Positions 9,058 to 17,210 of a stretch of 64,000 bases of DNA are shown one piece after another. Every line of letters starts with the position of its first letter. The stretch's first letter is position 1. The position numbers and the translations under genes were made by a program. The stretch is from Planctomycetota bacterium (lineage in GTDB: Bacteria > Planctomycetota > B15-G4 > JADJEK01). The notes under the pieces were generated by a model that searched no databases, had not been told where the DNA came from, and saw only the letters and a program-made list of their open reading frames with translations. The DNA lies in assembly GCA_052034255.1 (NCBI GenBank), contig JBPOIU010000022.1:7354-71353 (forward strand), in the 5' to 3' direction.

Positions 9058-10067
9058 GCGCGCCGTCCTGGCTTCAAGAAGCGCGCGACGCGCTCGGGCG
9101 TGACTGCCCGGCCGAGGAAGCCGTCCTTCAGCCCGATCCACTTCGCGACCGCCGCCCCCGCGCGGCCGCGGCTCGCGGCGACGACGAACGCGAGCGGCCA
9201 GGCGAGGACGTCGAACACGAACAGCCCGATCCAACCGCGGACGCTGCCGTGGCGACGCAGGAAGTGCACCGAGTTCACGGCGTTCATGTACTTGCGCGCC
9301 GCCGTGTAGCCGCCGCCCGTCGACGCGGACGCGTCGTGGACCGCGACCGCGCTCGCGACGTAGCGATTCTCGAAGCCCGCGCGCGCGGCACGCTGCCCGA
9401 ACTCGACGTCCTCCATGTAGCAAAAGAAGGATTCGTCGAAGACGCCCGCGCGCTCGAACACCGTGCGCCGCACGAGCAGCGCGGCGCCGGGTACGTAATC
9501 GACCGTCGAGTCCTCGCGGAAGCGGCCGTTCCACACCCGGCCGTGACCGCGCAGACGCGAGACGTTCTGTCGGTGGGTGACTTCACCACCCGCTGCCCAG
9601 ATCCGCCGCTCGGCGCCGGGCAACAGCACCATCGGCCCCACCACGCCGACGTGGTCGTCCGCGTCCAGCGCGGCCTCGAGGCGCGCGACGCAATCGGGGT
9701 CGACCTCGATGTCGTTGTTCAGCAACAGCACGCGGTCGGCGCCGCGCTCCAACGCCAGTCGGATCCCGAGGTTGATTCCGCCGCCGTAGCCGAGATTCGA
9801 ATGCGCGACGTGAAGTTGGACGTGCGGTAGCCGCGCCCGGATGCGCGCGACCGAATCGTCGTGCGAGGCGTTGTCGACGACCACGATCGCCGGCGGGCGC
9901 GGACGTGAACGCTCGACCGCGGCCACGCAACGCAGCGTGTGCTCTGCTCCGTTCCAATTGAGCACGACCGCGACGGTGCCGCCGCTGACCCGGGGTGCCG
10001 ACATCGGCCGCGAGTCTACACCCCGACCGCGGCGAAGAACGCGACGCCCTCGACGCCGATTCGACAC
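9054..10067 (-). CDS. Glycosyltransferase family 2 (GT-A)
   Basis: VAVVLNWNGAEHTLRCVAAV...IVVVDNASHDDS...LLNNDIEVDPDC...YMEDVEFGQRA gives the DxD and ED signature. A C-terminal amphipathic or TM tail is present. An alternative start is MSAPRVSGG at 10004. Confidence 0.75.
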   Translation of the reverse strand: MSNRRRGRRVLRRGRGVDSRPMSAPRVSGGTVAVVLNWNGAEHTLRCVAAVERSRPRPPAIVVVDNASHDDSVARIRARLPHVQLHVAHSNLGYGGGINLGIRLALERGADRVLLLNNDIEVDPDCVARLEAALDADDHVGVVGPMVLLPGAERRIWAAGGEVTHRQNVSRLRGHGRVWNGRFREDSTVDYVPGAALLVRRTVFERAGVFDESFFCYMEDVEFGQRAARAGFENRYVASAVAVHDASASTGGGYTAARKYMNAVNSVHFLRRHGSVRGWIGLFVFDVLAWPLAFVVAASRGRAGAAVAKWIGLKDGFLGRAVTPERVARFLKPGRRA

Positions 10068-10160
10068 GGCCCCACGATCGTCGGCCTCGCGCTTCCGGCG
10101 GTCGCTCGAGCGGCCGGGGTCAGGCTCGCGCCAGCCGAAGCGGCGAATCGTCCGAGCCGT

Positions 10161-11228
10161 TCACGGGACGAGCCACGAAACGCAGGCCCACCAGGCGCGC
10201 AGCAGCCCGGACAGCACGCGTTCGCCGAAACTGCCGGTCTTGCCGCGGTCGATCCGCGGCGAAAACGTCAGGTCGGGCGCCCCGAGCAGGCGGCGGTCGC
10301 CCTGCTTGCGGAACTTGGCGATGGCCTTGCGCTGGGCGCGGATCTCCGGGAACTGCGCGATCAGTGACGATTTCGCCTTCACGTATTCGCCCAGCGCGCC
10401 TTCGCGCAGCGCGAACACGACATACGCGAGCCCGAGCAACAGCAGGCCCGGCAAGGCGAGCACCAGCGTGCGCTTTCGATAGTTCTTCAGCACCACGCGC
10501 CAACGATTGCGCGAATGCAAGAACAGGCGTCGCGCTGGGTAGCTCGGACCGCCGCGGAACGAGATGCCGGCGGTGCCGGCCCGATGGTCGACCAACGCGT
10601 CCGGCAGCGCACGAATGCGCCAGCCCGCGAGCCGCAGTCGGTACGAAAGATCGTGATCCTCGAACAGGATGAAGAACGCCGGGTCGTAACCGCCCACGGC
10701 ACGCAGCTTCACCCGATCGACGAGCGCCGCCAGCGAGATGAACGCGTCGACGTCGGCGGCTTCGTGCGTACACCGATCGAGCGGCACGAAGAAATGGCGC
10801 AGCGCCATGACGCCCGCGTAGTGGAACGAGCCGCCGTCGTAATGCACGACGTCCGGTCGCGCCGCATCCAGCGCACGCGGTGCGGCCACCGCGACGTCCT
10901 GCTCGCGCTCGAACTCCAGCAGCAAGCGCTCGACACAGCCGTTTCGCACCAGCACGTCCTGATCGAGCTGGAACACGAGGTCGTGGCGCGCCTCGCTCAA
11001 CCCGACGTTGCGCGCCGGGCACGGACCATCGTTGGTCGGCATCCGGATCACGCGGACGCGGGGGAACTCGGCCGCCACCATCTCGGAAGTGCCGTCGGTC
11101 GACGCGTTGTCGACGACCAGGATCTCGGCGAACGGGAACTGCCCGGGCTGGTACAGCGACCGCAGACAGTCGCGCAGGTCGTCGCGACCGTTGTACGACA
11201 CGATGGAGACGGACACCGGGACGACCAT
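10161..11228 (-). CDS. Glycosyltransferase family 2 (GT-A) with C-terminal membrane anchor
   Basis: VSVSIVSYNGRDDLRDCLRSL...ILVVDNASTDGTSEM...FQLDQDVLV...FEDHDLSYRLRLAGW, followed by C-terminal hydrophobic segments LVLALPGLLLLGLAYVVFAL. Confidence 0.75.
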   Translation of the reverse strand: MVVPVSVSIVSYNGRDDLRDCLRSLYQPGQFPFAEILVVDNASTDGTSEMVAAEFPRVRVIRMPTNDGPCPARNVGLSEARHDLVFQLDQDVLVRNGCVERLLLEFEREQDVAVAAPRALDAARPDVVHYDGGSFHYAGVMALRHFFVPLDRCTHEAADVDAFISLAALVDRVKLRAVGGYDPAFFILFEDHDLSYRLRLAGWRIRALPDALVDHRAGTAGISFRGGPSYPARRLFLHSRNRWRVVLKNYRKRTLVLALPGLLLLGLAYVVFALREGALGEYVKAKSSLIAQFPEIRAQRKAIAKFRKQGDRRLLGAPDLTFSPRIDRGKTGSFGERVLSGLLRAWWACVSWLVP

Positions 11229-11231
11229 GCG

Positions 11232-14200
11232 TCACTTCACCGGCGGTTCGAAATCGGGAGCGCGGCAGACGACGCGGTGACGCAGGCAATACGGCAGCAT
11301 CGCGAGCGCCGCGAACGTCGCTTTGGTCGCGATCCACAAGCCACCCGGCGTCTGCTTCACGGCCTTGTCGATGCCGATCGTGCCGCTGGCGTCGTTGGCG
11401 TTGCCGCGCTTCAGTCCGAGGCCTTTCAGCCCGAGCACCCACGCCGCGCGGACGATCTGACCGATCGAGCAGTGCTTGAACGCGTACAGCCAGAAATTGC
11501 GCACGTGGAAATAGAGCGAGCGCTTGCCGCCCTTCATGCCGAACGGCGTCTTGTGGAACAGCTCGGCATCGGGGCACATCACGATGCGGTGACCGAGGCG
11601 CAGCACGCGACTCGCGAGATCGCGCTCGTTGCCGTAGATGAAGAAGCGCTCGTCGTAGTAGTCGGCGGCCTTCAGAACGTCGCTGCGCGCCAACGTCCCG
11701 CAACCGCGGAACGTCGCCATGTAGCGCTCGCGCTTCTCGGCCAGCAGGAACTCGGGCGGCATGCCGGGCTCGACGACCAACGACGACACCATCGCGGTCG
11801 AGTTCGGCTCCGCCAACATGCGGTCGTACAGGCGGCCGAGCCATTCGGGCGGCGCGACCACGTCGTCGTCCATGATCGCCGTGAACGGCTGCGTCGCGGC
11901 CTTCATGCCGAGATTGAACGTCTCGCAGGCTCCGGCCTTGTCGTGCGGCATCTCGATCAGCGTCACCTGCGGGAACTCGCGCCGGATCATCGCGGCGGTG
12001 CCGTCCTTCGACGCGTTGTCGACGACCACGATCTGCGCCGGTCGCGCCGTCTGCCGCGTCAACGCCAGCAAGTTCTCGCGGACGTCGGCGCACTTGTTCC
12101 ACGTCGAGATCACGCAACTGACCGGGACTTCGCGCGAGCTCGGGGCGGCCGGCGCGGCGGTTGGCGCGACGACATCGGTTGCCGAGGGGCGAACGGCGGT
12201 CGCACCAGCGACGAACGCTCGCGCGCGCGCGGCGAGTTCGGCCCACGCGAACAGGCGATCCGCGTCGATCTCGAGATAGGCCTCGGCCGCTTCGACGCCG
12301 CGCACGTCGACGTTGACCGTGCGCGCGCGATTCGCGGTCAGCGTCTTGTCGGTGACGTCGAGGTACGCGCGTTGGCTCGCGAACGCGTTCAGCGCGGCGC
12401 GCTTCTTCGGGAGCTGCGCCGTGACGTCGAGCAAGTACGACGCCGGCTGCGGCTCGTTCACTTCGTACAGCACGACGCGCGGGCGCATGCCGCTCTGCAA
12501 GAGCGCGTGCGCCGCGAGCCAGTACGTCGCGCGATGATCCGGATGGTGTTCCCACGGCGACGGCACGTACAGCACGTCGGGCCGCAGCGTTTCGAGCAGG
12601 CCGGTGAACCCGGACAGGAATGCCCCGTCGGGGCGCAACGCGCCATCGGGGAAGTCGAGCGCGTGGAACTCGGTGAGGCCGAGCTCGCGTCCCGCGGCCC
12701 GCGCTTCTTCCTTGCGCACCTCGGCGATGCGGCCGCGCTCCTTGCCGTCACGATCCCCGCCGGCGCCATCGGTGACATGGACGACGGCCACGCGATCGCC
12801 GCGTTGCGCGTGAAGACCCAGGGCTCCGCCCGCGCCGATGATCTCGTCATCGGGATGCGGCGCCAGCACGACCACCCGACCGCCGGGCACGCGCGCGAAC
12901 TCGGCGAGCGGCACGAACGTGAAGCGCGGATCGAACGGCGGGATTTCTTGCGGGGGCAGCGGGCCTGCGGACATCGGGGCGGACATCGGGGCGGTCGTCG
13001 ACGGAGGTGGCGAAGCGTAAAGGGCTTCCAACGTCACGGCATGGTCCGAAATCGCGAACCGACGCGCCGCGGTCCGCGCGCGGGCGGCCGCCAGCTCGGC
13101 CGGCCGCTGCAGCAGGCGCATGAGCAGGCGCGCGAGCGCGTCCACGTCCCCCACCGCGACCACGAAACCGGCGTCGCCGGCTCGCTCGGGCGCAGCGCCG
13201 CGGTCGGCCACGACCACCGGGATGCCGAGCGCGAGCGCCTCGTCGACGACCAACGAATAGGTCTCCGCAGCCGCGCTGAAGAACACCGCGACGTCGGTCT
13301 CCGCGGCGAGGCGCTGCAGTCGATCGGAGTCGAACGCTCCTTCGCGGACGACCTCGAGCGGGGCCAGGCGCTCGAGTCGGCCGAGCTGCTCGCGTTCGAA
13401 GACGGCATCCGTCGCGCGACCGAGCAACGTCAGTCGCAGCCGCGCCCGAACTTCCGCAGGCAGTCGCTCGAGCGCGTCGATCACCCGATCGACGCCCTTC
13501 ACGGGAGCGAGGTTGCCCCACCACGCGATCCGGAGCCGCCCCGCGGGATCGGCACGCCACGCTTCGGGATGGAGCGTGCGCGTCAGCCCGAGCGGCAACA
13601 CGTCGATCGGAACGACTTGCGGCAGGATGCCGGAATCGCGCAGCGTGCGCGCGGCCGCGGCCGACGGCGCCAACACCTCGTCGGCGGCGCGCAACTCGGC
13701 GTCGAAGAACGCGCGGCGCGCGAGCAGCTCCGCGCGCGGTCGCGCCTCGTCGCCACCGAATTCCGGCGCGCAACACGTCACGCAGCGCTCGAGCGGCACC
13801 GGCGTGTCGTCGCCGCAGAAGCCGCCGTCGTTCCGCACCATGAAGAAGCGCGGACACGCGGCGAGGAAATCATGCAGCGAGACGATGGTCCGCGCGCCGA
13901 ACGCTTTGGCGTCGGCGACCAGCGGACAGAACAGGTTCATGTAGTGATGGACGTGGACCACGTCGGGCGCGAATGCTCGCAGGCAATCCGCCCACCGCGT
14001 TCGGACCTCCGGCACCTCGAGGTGCGCCGAGAAGCGCGGTCCGCGATGCAAGACGCGCCACACGCGCACGCCGTGATGGGTCTCTTCGAGGACGCCGTCG
14101 CCGTCGCGCTCGCTGCCCGAGAACACCGCGACCTCGTGGCCGCGCGCCGCCTGTTCGACGACCAGCGCGGCGAGGTACGCCTCGGTGCCGCCGACGAACT

Positions 14201-14237
14201 CCGGCGGGAAGTTGTGGACCGCGTGCAGGATCCTCAT
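11232..14237 (-). CDS. Tri-domain fusion: GT4 glycosyltransferase - LmbE/PIG-L-type N-acetylglucosaminyl deacetylase - GT2 glycosyltransferase (1001 aa)
   Basis: One uninterrupted frame. aa 1-408 are GT4 (MRILHAVHNFPPEFVGGTEAYLAAL, DVVHVHHYMNLFC, SLHDFLAACPRFF..C..CVTCC). A Pro-rich linker with the tandem duplicate PMSAPMSA follows. aa ~440-690 are LmbE (VVVLAPHPDDEIIGAGGA, HPDHRATY). aa ~715-1001 are GT2 (VSCVISTWNK, IVVVDNASKDGT, DDDVV). The first 261 codons of the listed 1262-aa ORF are artefact and overlap the real LmbE gene in another frame. Confidence 0.7.
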   Translation of the reverse strand: MRILHAVHNFPPEFVGGTEAYLAALVVEQAARGHEVAVFSGSERDGDGVLEETHHGVRVWRVLHRGPRFSAHLEVPEVRTRWADCLRAFAPDVVHVHHYMNLFCPLVADAKAFGARTIVSLHDFLAACPRFFMVRNDGGFCGDDTPVPLERCVTCCAPEFGGDEARPRAELLARRAFFDAELRAADEVLAPSAAAARTLRDSGILPQVVPIDVLPLGLTRTLHPEAWRADPAGRLRIAWWGNLAPVKGVDRVIDALERLPAEVRARLRLTLLGRATDAVFEREQLGRLERLAPLEVVREGAFDSDRLQRLAAETDVAVFFSAAAETYSLVVDEALALGIPVVVADRGAAPERAGDAGFVVAVGDVDALARLLMRLLQRPAELAAARARTAARRFAISDHAVTLEALYASPPPSTTAPMSAPMSAGPLPPQEIPPFDPRFTFVPLAEFARVPGGRVVVLAPHPDDEIIGAGGALGLHAQRGDRVAVVHVTDGAGGDRDGKERGRIAEVRKEEARAAGRELGLTEFHALDFPDGALRPDGAFLSGFTGLLETLRPDVLYVPSPWEHHPDHRATYWLAAHALLQSGMRPRVVLYEVNEPQPASYLLDVTAQLPKKRAALNAFASQRAYLDVTDKTLTANRARTVNVDVRGVEAAEAYLEIDADRLFAWAELAARARAFVAGATAVRPSATDVVAPTAAPAAPSSREVPVSCVISTWNKCADVRENLLALTRQTARPAQIVVVDNASKDGTAAMIRREFPQVTLIEMPHDKAGACETFNLGMKAATQPFTAIMDDDVVAPPEWLGRLYDRMLAEPNSTAMVSSLVVEPGMPPEFLLAEKRERYMATFRGCGTLARSDVLKAADYYDERFFIYGNERDLASRVLRLGHRIVMCPDAELFHKTPFGMKGGKRSLYFHVRNFWLYAFKHCSIGQIVRAAWVLGLKGLGLKRGNANDASGTIGIDKAVKQTPGGLWIATKATFAALAMLPYCLRHRVVCRAPDFEPPVK

Positions 14238-14947
14238 GGCGTTCCGGCGCGTGCGTCCGGCTCGAGCGCGACGAATGCCTCGCCGTACGTCGCTCCCTTG
14301 TCGAGGAACACCGCGCGATACGCGTTCAGACCGGACACGAAGCGGCGGATGTCGGTGTGCTCGAGCTGACTCGGATAGCAGTCGAGCGCCGCCATCTTCG
14401 TGGCGTAGACGCGCGAGACGTCGACGATCCACGTCGCGCGCGACGCGCTCCAGACTTCGTAGCCGAAGGCGCGCGGCGGACGATCGAGTTGCGCGAGCAC
14501 GCGCTGCGTCAGCACTGCGGTCGTGTAGTGGTCCGAGTGCTGGTCGCCGAGATGCGGTGCGTAGACCACGTCGGGCGCGAACCGCACGAGCGCGTCCTTC
14601 AACCGCGGCAGGATCGCGCCGAGGTCGTCCTCGTGGACGCGGTAGTTGTCGGGGAAGCCCCAGAACTCCTGCGCGGCGATCCCGAGCACCTTGGCCGCCG
14701 CGCGCGCTTCGGCCTGCCGGCGCGCCGCGTACGCCGGCTTGTCCTCGCGCCCGGTCGGATCGCCCGACGTCCCGGCCGTCAGGAACAGCACGTGGATTTC
14801 GTCCCCGAGCTCCGCATGCAACCGGATCGTGCCTCCGGGTCCGATCGTCTCGTCGTCGGGGTGTGGAGCGAGCACGAGCACGCGACCCCGCGCAGGCGGC
14901 GCGCTCAAGCGGATCGGCGGAGCGGGAGGTTCGAGGTAGCGCGTCAT
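14234..14947 (-). CDS. PIG-L/LmbE family deacetylase (standalone paralog)
   Basis: VLVLAPHPDDETIGPGGTIRLHAELGDEIHVLFLTAG and the DQHSDHYTTA motif form the Zn-binding His/Asp pattern of the MshB/BshB/PIG-L fold. Its stop overlaps the ATG of the fusion gene (ATGA). Confidence 0.8.
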   Translation of the reverse strand: MTRYLEPPAPPIRLSAPPARGRVLVLAPHPDDETIGPGGTIRLHAELGDEIHVLFLTAGTSGDPTGREDKPAYAARRQAEARAAAKVLGIAAQEFWGFPDNYRVHEDDLGAILPRLKDALVRFAPDVVYAPHLGDQHSDHYTTAVLTQRVLAQLDRPPRAFGYEVWSASRATWIVDVSRVYATKMAALDCYPSQLEHTDIRRFVSGLNAYRAVFLDKGATYGEAFVALEPDARAGTP

Positions 14948-15110
14948 ACGGGCGAGAGCTTGGGCACTCCGAGGGTGGACGGCGGTCGTCGTGGACTTCC
15001 GAGGCCGCGCATCCCACCAAACCGTTCGAGGTCGTGAAAGAATCCCCCGCGAGCGGCGGAACGAGCGAGAACGGCGAGCGCGAGGAGGATGGTCGAGGCG
15101 ACTCCGAGAC

Positions 15111-15141
15111 CGTGAATCAATCGGATGGATTCACGTTTTCT
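15111..15141. other. Stem-loop abutting the GNAT gene stop
   Basis: cgtgaatc-aatcggatg-gattcacg is followed by ttttct on the plus strand. On the coding (minus) strand it is preceded by an A-tract and is not followed by a U-tract. Confidence 0.3.
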
Positions 15142-16154
15142 CAGTAGATGTCCGAGTCCCCCATCGTGAAGAACCAATGATCCTGCGCCCAGCGTTCGTC
15201 GAACTCCGGGCCGAACACACGGATGCAGAGGTTGAACGTCGACGGATCCGGTGCGAAACCGAGAGTGCGAAGCGTCTGCGCGAGGCTCGACCAGCCGGGA
15301 GCCCAGGTCTCCATGCGCGACTTCCCGGCATCGCGCGCGAGCATGGCCGCGCGTTGCGCAAGGCCGGCGACGGCCTCGCGATCCTCGCCCTCGACGATCC
15401 AGTCGACGAGCGGCGCGAGCGGTTTGTCGAACCACTCGGTGCGCAGCACCAGCACGCCGCGCAAGCGCCCCGCCGCGCGCGCTTCGAGCACGCGATAGCG
15501 GAACGACGGACAGCGGGAGTAGCGCCACTCGAGGTACGCATGATCGCGGCATAGCACCAGCGGCAGCTTCGCCATCGTCGCGTCGAACAACGCGTCGACG
15601 TCCGCTGGAATCGAGGCGACCTCGCGGACCTGGACCGCATCCCCACCCATCGGTCCGAGGTAGTCGATCCAGTCCTGCGCGAAGTCGCGGACCAGCGCGA
15701 CGACCGGCGTGTGGACCGGTCGGTAGTCGAGGATGCGCGTGCCGATGCGGAACGCCTGCGGATTCGGGAAGCCGTAGACGATGCGATCGCGATCCGGTCG
15801 CCCGTAGGCGTCGAAGAACGCGCGCGCGAGCGACAGGAACAGGCCCTCCTTCTTCAGCACGCGACGCCACGCCGGTGCGACGCAGGTGTCGACCGCTTGC
15901 GACCCGAGCATCGGCGCGCCGCGATCGAGCCATAGCGCCGGGATGGCCGTGTAGTTGCCGACGATGGCTCCGCTCGCGTCCTCGGCGACGAACGTGTGGT
16001 GCCCGTGCGGGTTGTGCGCGAACTGCCACTGCCAGTGCGCGAGCGTGCGCGGCGTGAACGTCGGATTGCCCTCGGCGAACACTGCGTTGAACAGCGCGAG
16101 GATCCCGTGTTCGTCGCCGGACCGATAGGGCCGGATCGTGAAGTCGGAGCTCAT
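15141..16154 (-). CDS. GNAT-superfamily acyltransferase, ~337 aa (two-lobe, MshD/Eis/FemAB-like size)
   Basis: Start is at MSSDFTIRPYRSGDEHGILALFNAVFAEGNPTF, aa 101 of the listed ORF. AWRRVLKKEGLF resembles the (R/Q)xxGxG/A motif. The C-terminus is NLCIRVFGPEFDERWAQDHWFFTMGDSDIY. It is a paralog of the gene at 17211. ATGA overlap with the kinase stop. Confidence 0.6.
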   Translation of the reverse strand: MSSDFTIRPYRSGDEHGILALFNAVFAEGNPTFTPRTLAHWQWQFAHNPHGHHTFVAEDASGAIVGNYTAIPALWLDRGAPMLGSQAVDTCVAPAWRRVLKKEGLFLSLARAFFDAYGRPDRDRIVYGFPNPQAFRIGTRILDYRPVHTPVVALVRDFAQDWIDYLGPMGGDAVQVREVASIPADVDALFDATMAKLPLVLCRDHAYLEWRYSRCPSFRYRVLEARAAGRLRGVLVLRTEWFDKPLAPLVDWIVEGEDREAVAGLAQRAAMLARDAGKSRMETWAPGWSSLAQTLRTLGFAPDPSTFNLCIRVFGPEFDERWAQDHWFFTMGDSDIY

Positions 16155-16993
16155 GCCAACGTCTTTCGGCCAGGGCCATCGCCCGACTTGCGCGCAGGCC
16201 TTTGCCACAGCGCGCGCCATTTCGCGCGCGAGCAGTACGTCGCCGCGCGCGCACCGCTCTCGCGCAACGCGAGCGCGCGGTCGGCGAATCCGGTCGCGTC
16301 GGGCGCGTAGGCGCGCAGGAACGCGCGCGCCGCTTCGTCGTCGGGCACCAACGCCGCGCTCTCGAATGCCGACAACACATCGGCGAGCGCCGCTTCGCGC
16401 GCCCGCACCGAATGATCGACCAGCACCCCCGACGGATGATCGATCCACAGCCATCGCGTGGCTTCGTCGCGCGAACGCACGCGCAGCAGGTTGCGCGGGC
16501 TCGCCGCCAGATGGAGGTAGCCGCCGTCATGCATGCGGCTCAGCGTGCGCGCGAACTGCAGCCGCCCTTCGTCGCGTCGTGCTTCCGGCGTGCCGCTCCA
16601 CAGCAGGATCTGCGCCAACGACTTCACGTCGCCCAGGTCCTCGAACGCGACCAGTTGGTCGACGACGAACCCGCGCGCGCGACGCTCGCCGTAGGCGATC
16701 GCGGGAACCACCGGCAGGCCGCGTTCGAACGCCGTCCGCGAGTTGTCGTACTCGCGGTGCGCGCGCGACCGGCTCCAGGGCGTCAATGCGTTGCGAGCGA
16801 ACGGCGGGCGATAGAGCTTCACGAACACGCGGGGCGCGGCGGGAGTCGGTTCGACCCACGCATGGAACGTGTTGCGCTCGCGCCGCCATTGCTTGACGGC
16901 GGGATGCTCGGGCACGAGCTCGCGCAACACGGCGGCGAGGCCGGGCCAGCGATCCGGTTCGGCGACGACCAGGTCCGGGAAGAGGGGCGGCAT
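16151..16993 (-). CDS. Kdo/WaaP-family (lipopolysaccharide/sugar) kinase-like protein
   Basis: Start is at MPPLFPDLVVAEPD. VFVKLYRPPFARNALTPW...FERGLPVVPAIAYGE...MHDGGYLHLAASPRNLLRV matches the protein-kinase-like fold of the KdkA/InaA/WaaP family. Confidence 0.5.
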   Translation of the reverse strand: MPPLFPDLVVAEPDRWPGLAAVLRELVPEHPAVKQWRRERNTFHAWVEPTPAAPRVFVKLYRPPFARNALTPWSRSRAHREYDNSRTAFERGLPVVPAIAYGERRARGFVVDQLVAFEDLGDVKSLAQILLWSGTPEARRDEGRLQFARTLSRMHDGGYLHLAASPRNLLRVRSRDEATRWLWIDHPSGVLVDHSVRAREAALADVLSAFESAALVPDDEAARAFLRAYAPDATGFADRALALRESGARAATYCSRAKWRALWQRPARKSGDGPGRKTLA

Positions 16994-17210
16994 GACGCGA
17001 GAGCTTCGAACTTCCACCGGCCCGCATCAACTGCCGGCTGAAAAAGACCGGCCCGACCGGCACGCGCTCCAGTGGCCCGCGGGCAACCGGGGGACGCGTC
17101 CCGCCTCGACCGGCCTCCGCGGTCCGTCGGCGGCCGAGCCAAGTTCAAGGCGCGCCGGAGTTCGTGACGATGGGCTTGAACCCACGCCGACGAAGGTCGA
17201 AGCTCCCCGC

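Noticed and set aside
7636-9534. 632-aa extent of the GT4 ORF and similar N-terminal extensions (37991..39628, 23905..27534, 29062..30936, 31787..32911, 51804..54296, 35888..37831, 57673..60126, 60206..63124)
   Set aside because: In each case the upstream part is Arg/Gly/Ala-rich and overlaps the neighbouring real gene. The protein-like sequence begins at an internal ATG/GTG that coincides with the upstream gene's stop codon or a plausible RBS. Only the trimmed CDSs were reported.
10120-12555. 811-aa minus-strand ORF spanning the GT2 gene and part of the fusion gene in another frame
   Set aside because: Arg-rich (RRRR runs) alternate-frame artefact. The real genes at 10161..11228 and 11232..14237 occupy a different frame, with GT motifs.
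10515-14369. 1284-aa plus-strand ORF antisense to the GT2 / GT4-LmbE-GT2 genes
   Set aside because: Its composition is dominated by Arg/Ala/Gly/Asp/His (RRxxRR runs) with no hydrophobic cores or motifs. It is the typical antisense artefact of a ~70% GC coding region. The minus-strand frame carries clear GT4/LmbE/GT2 signatures.
11232-15020. Full 1262-aa extent of the listed ORF (N-terminal 261 codons upstream of the GT4 start)
   Set aside because: The first 261 codons are Arg/Ala/Gly-rich. They overlap the bona fide LmbE gene (14234..14947), which is in another frame. A typical GT4 N-terminus (MRILHAVHNFPPEFVGG) begins exactly where the LmbE stop codon lies (ATGA coupling), so the start was set to 14237.
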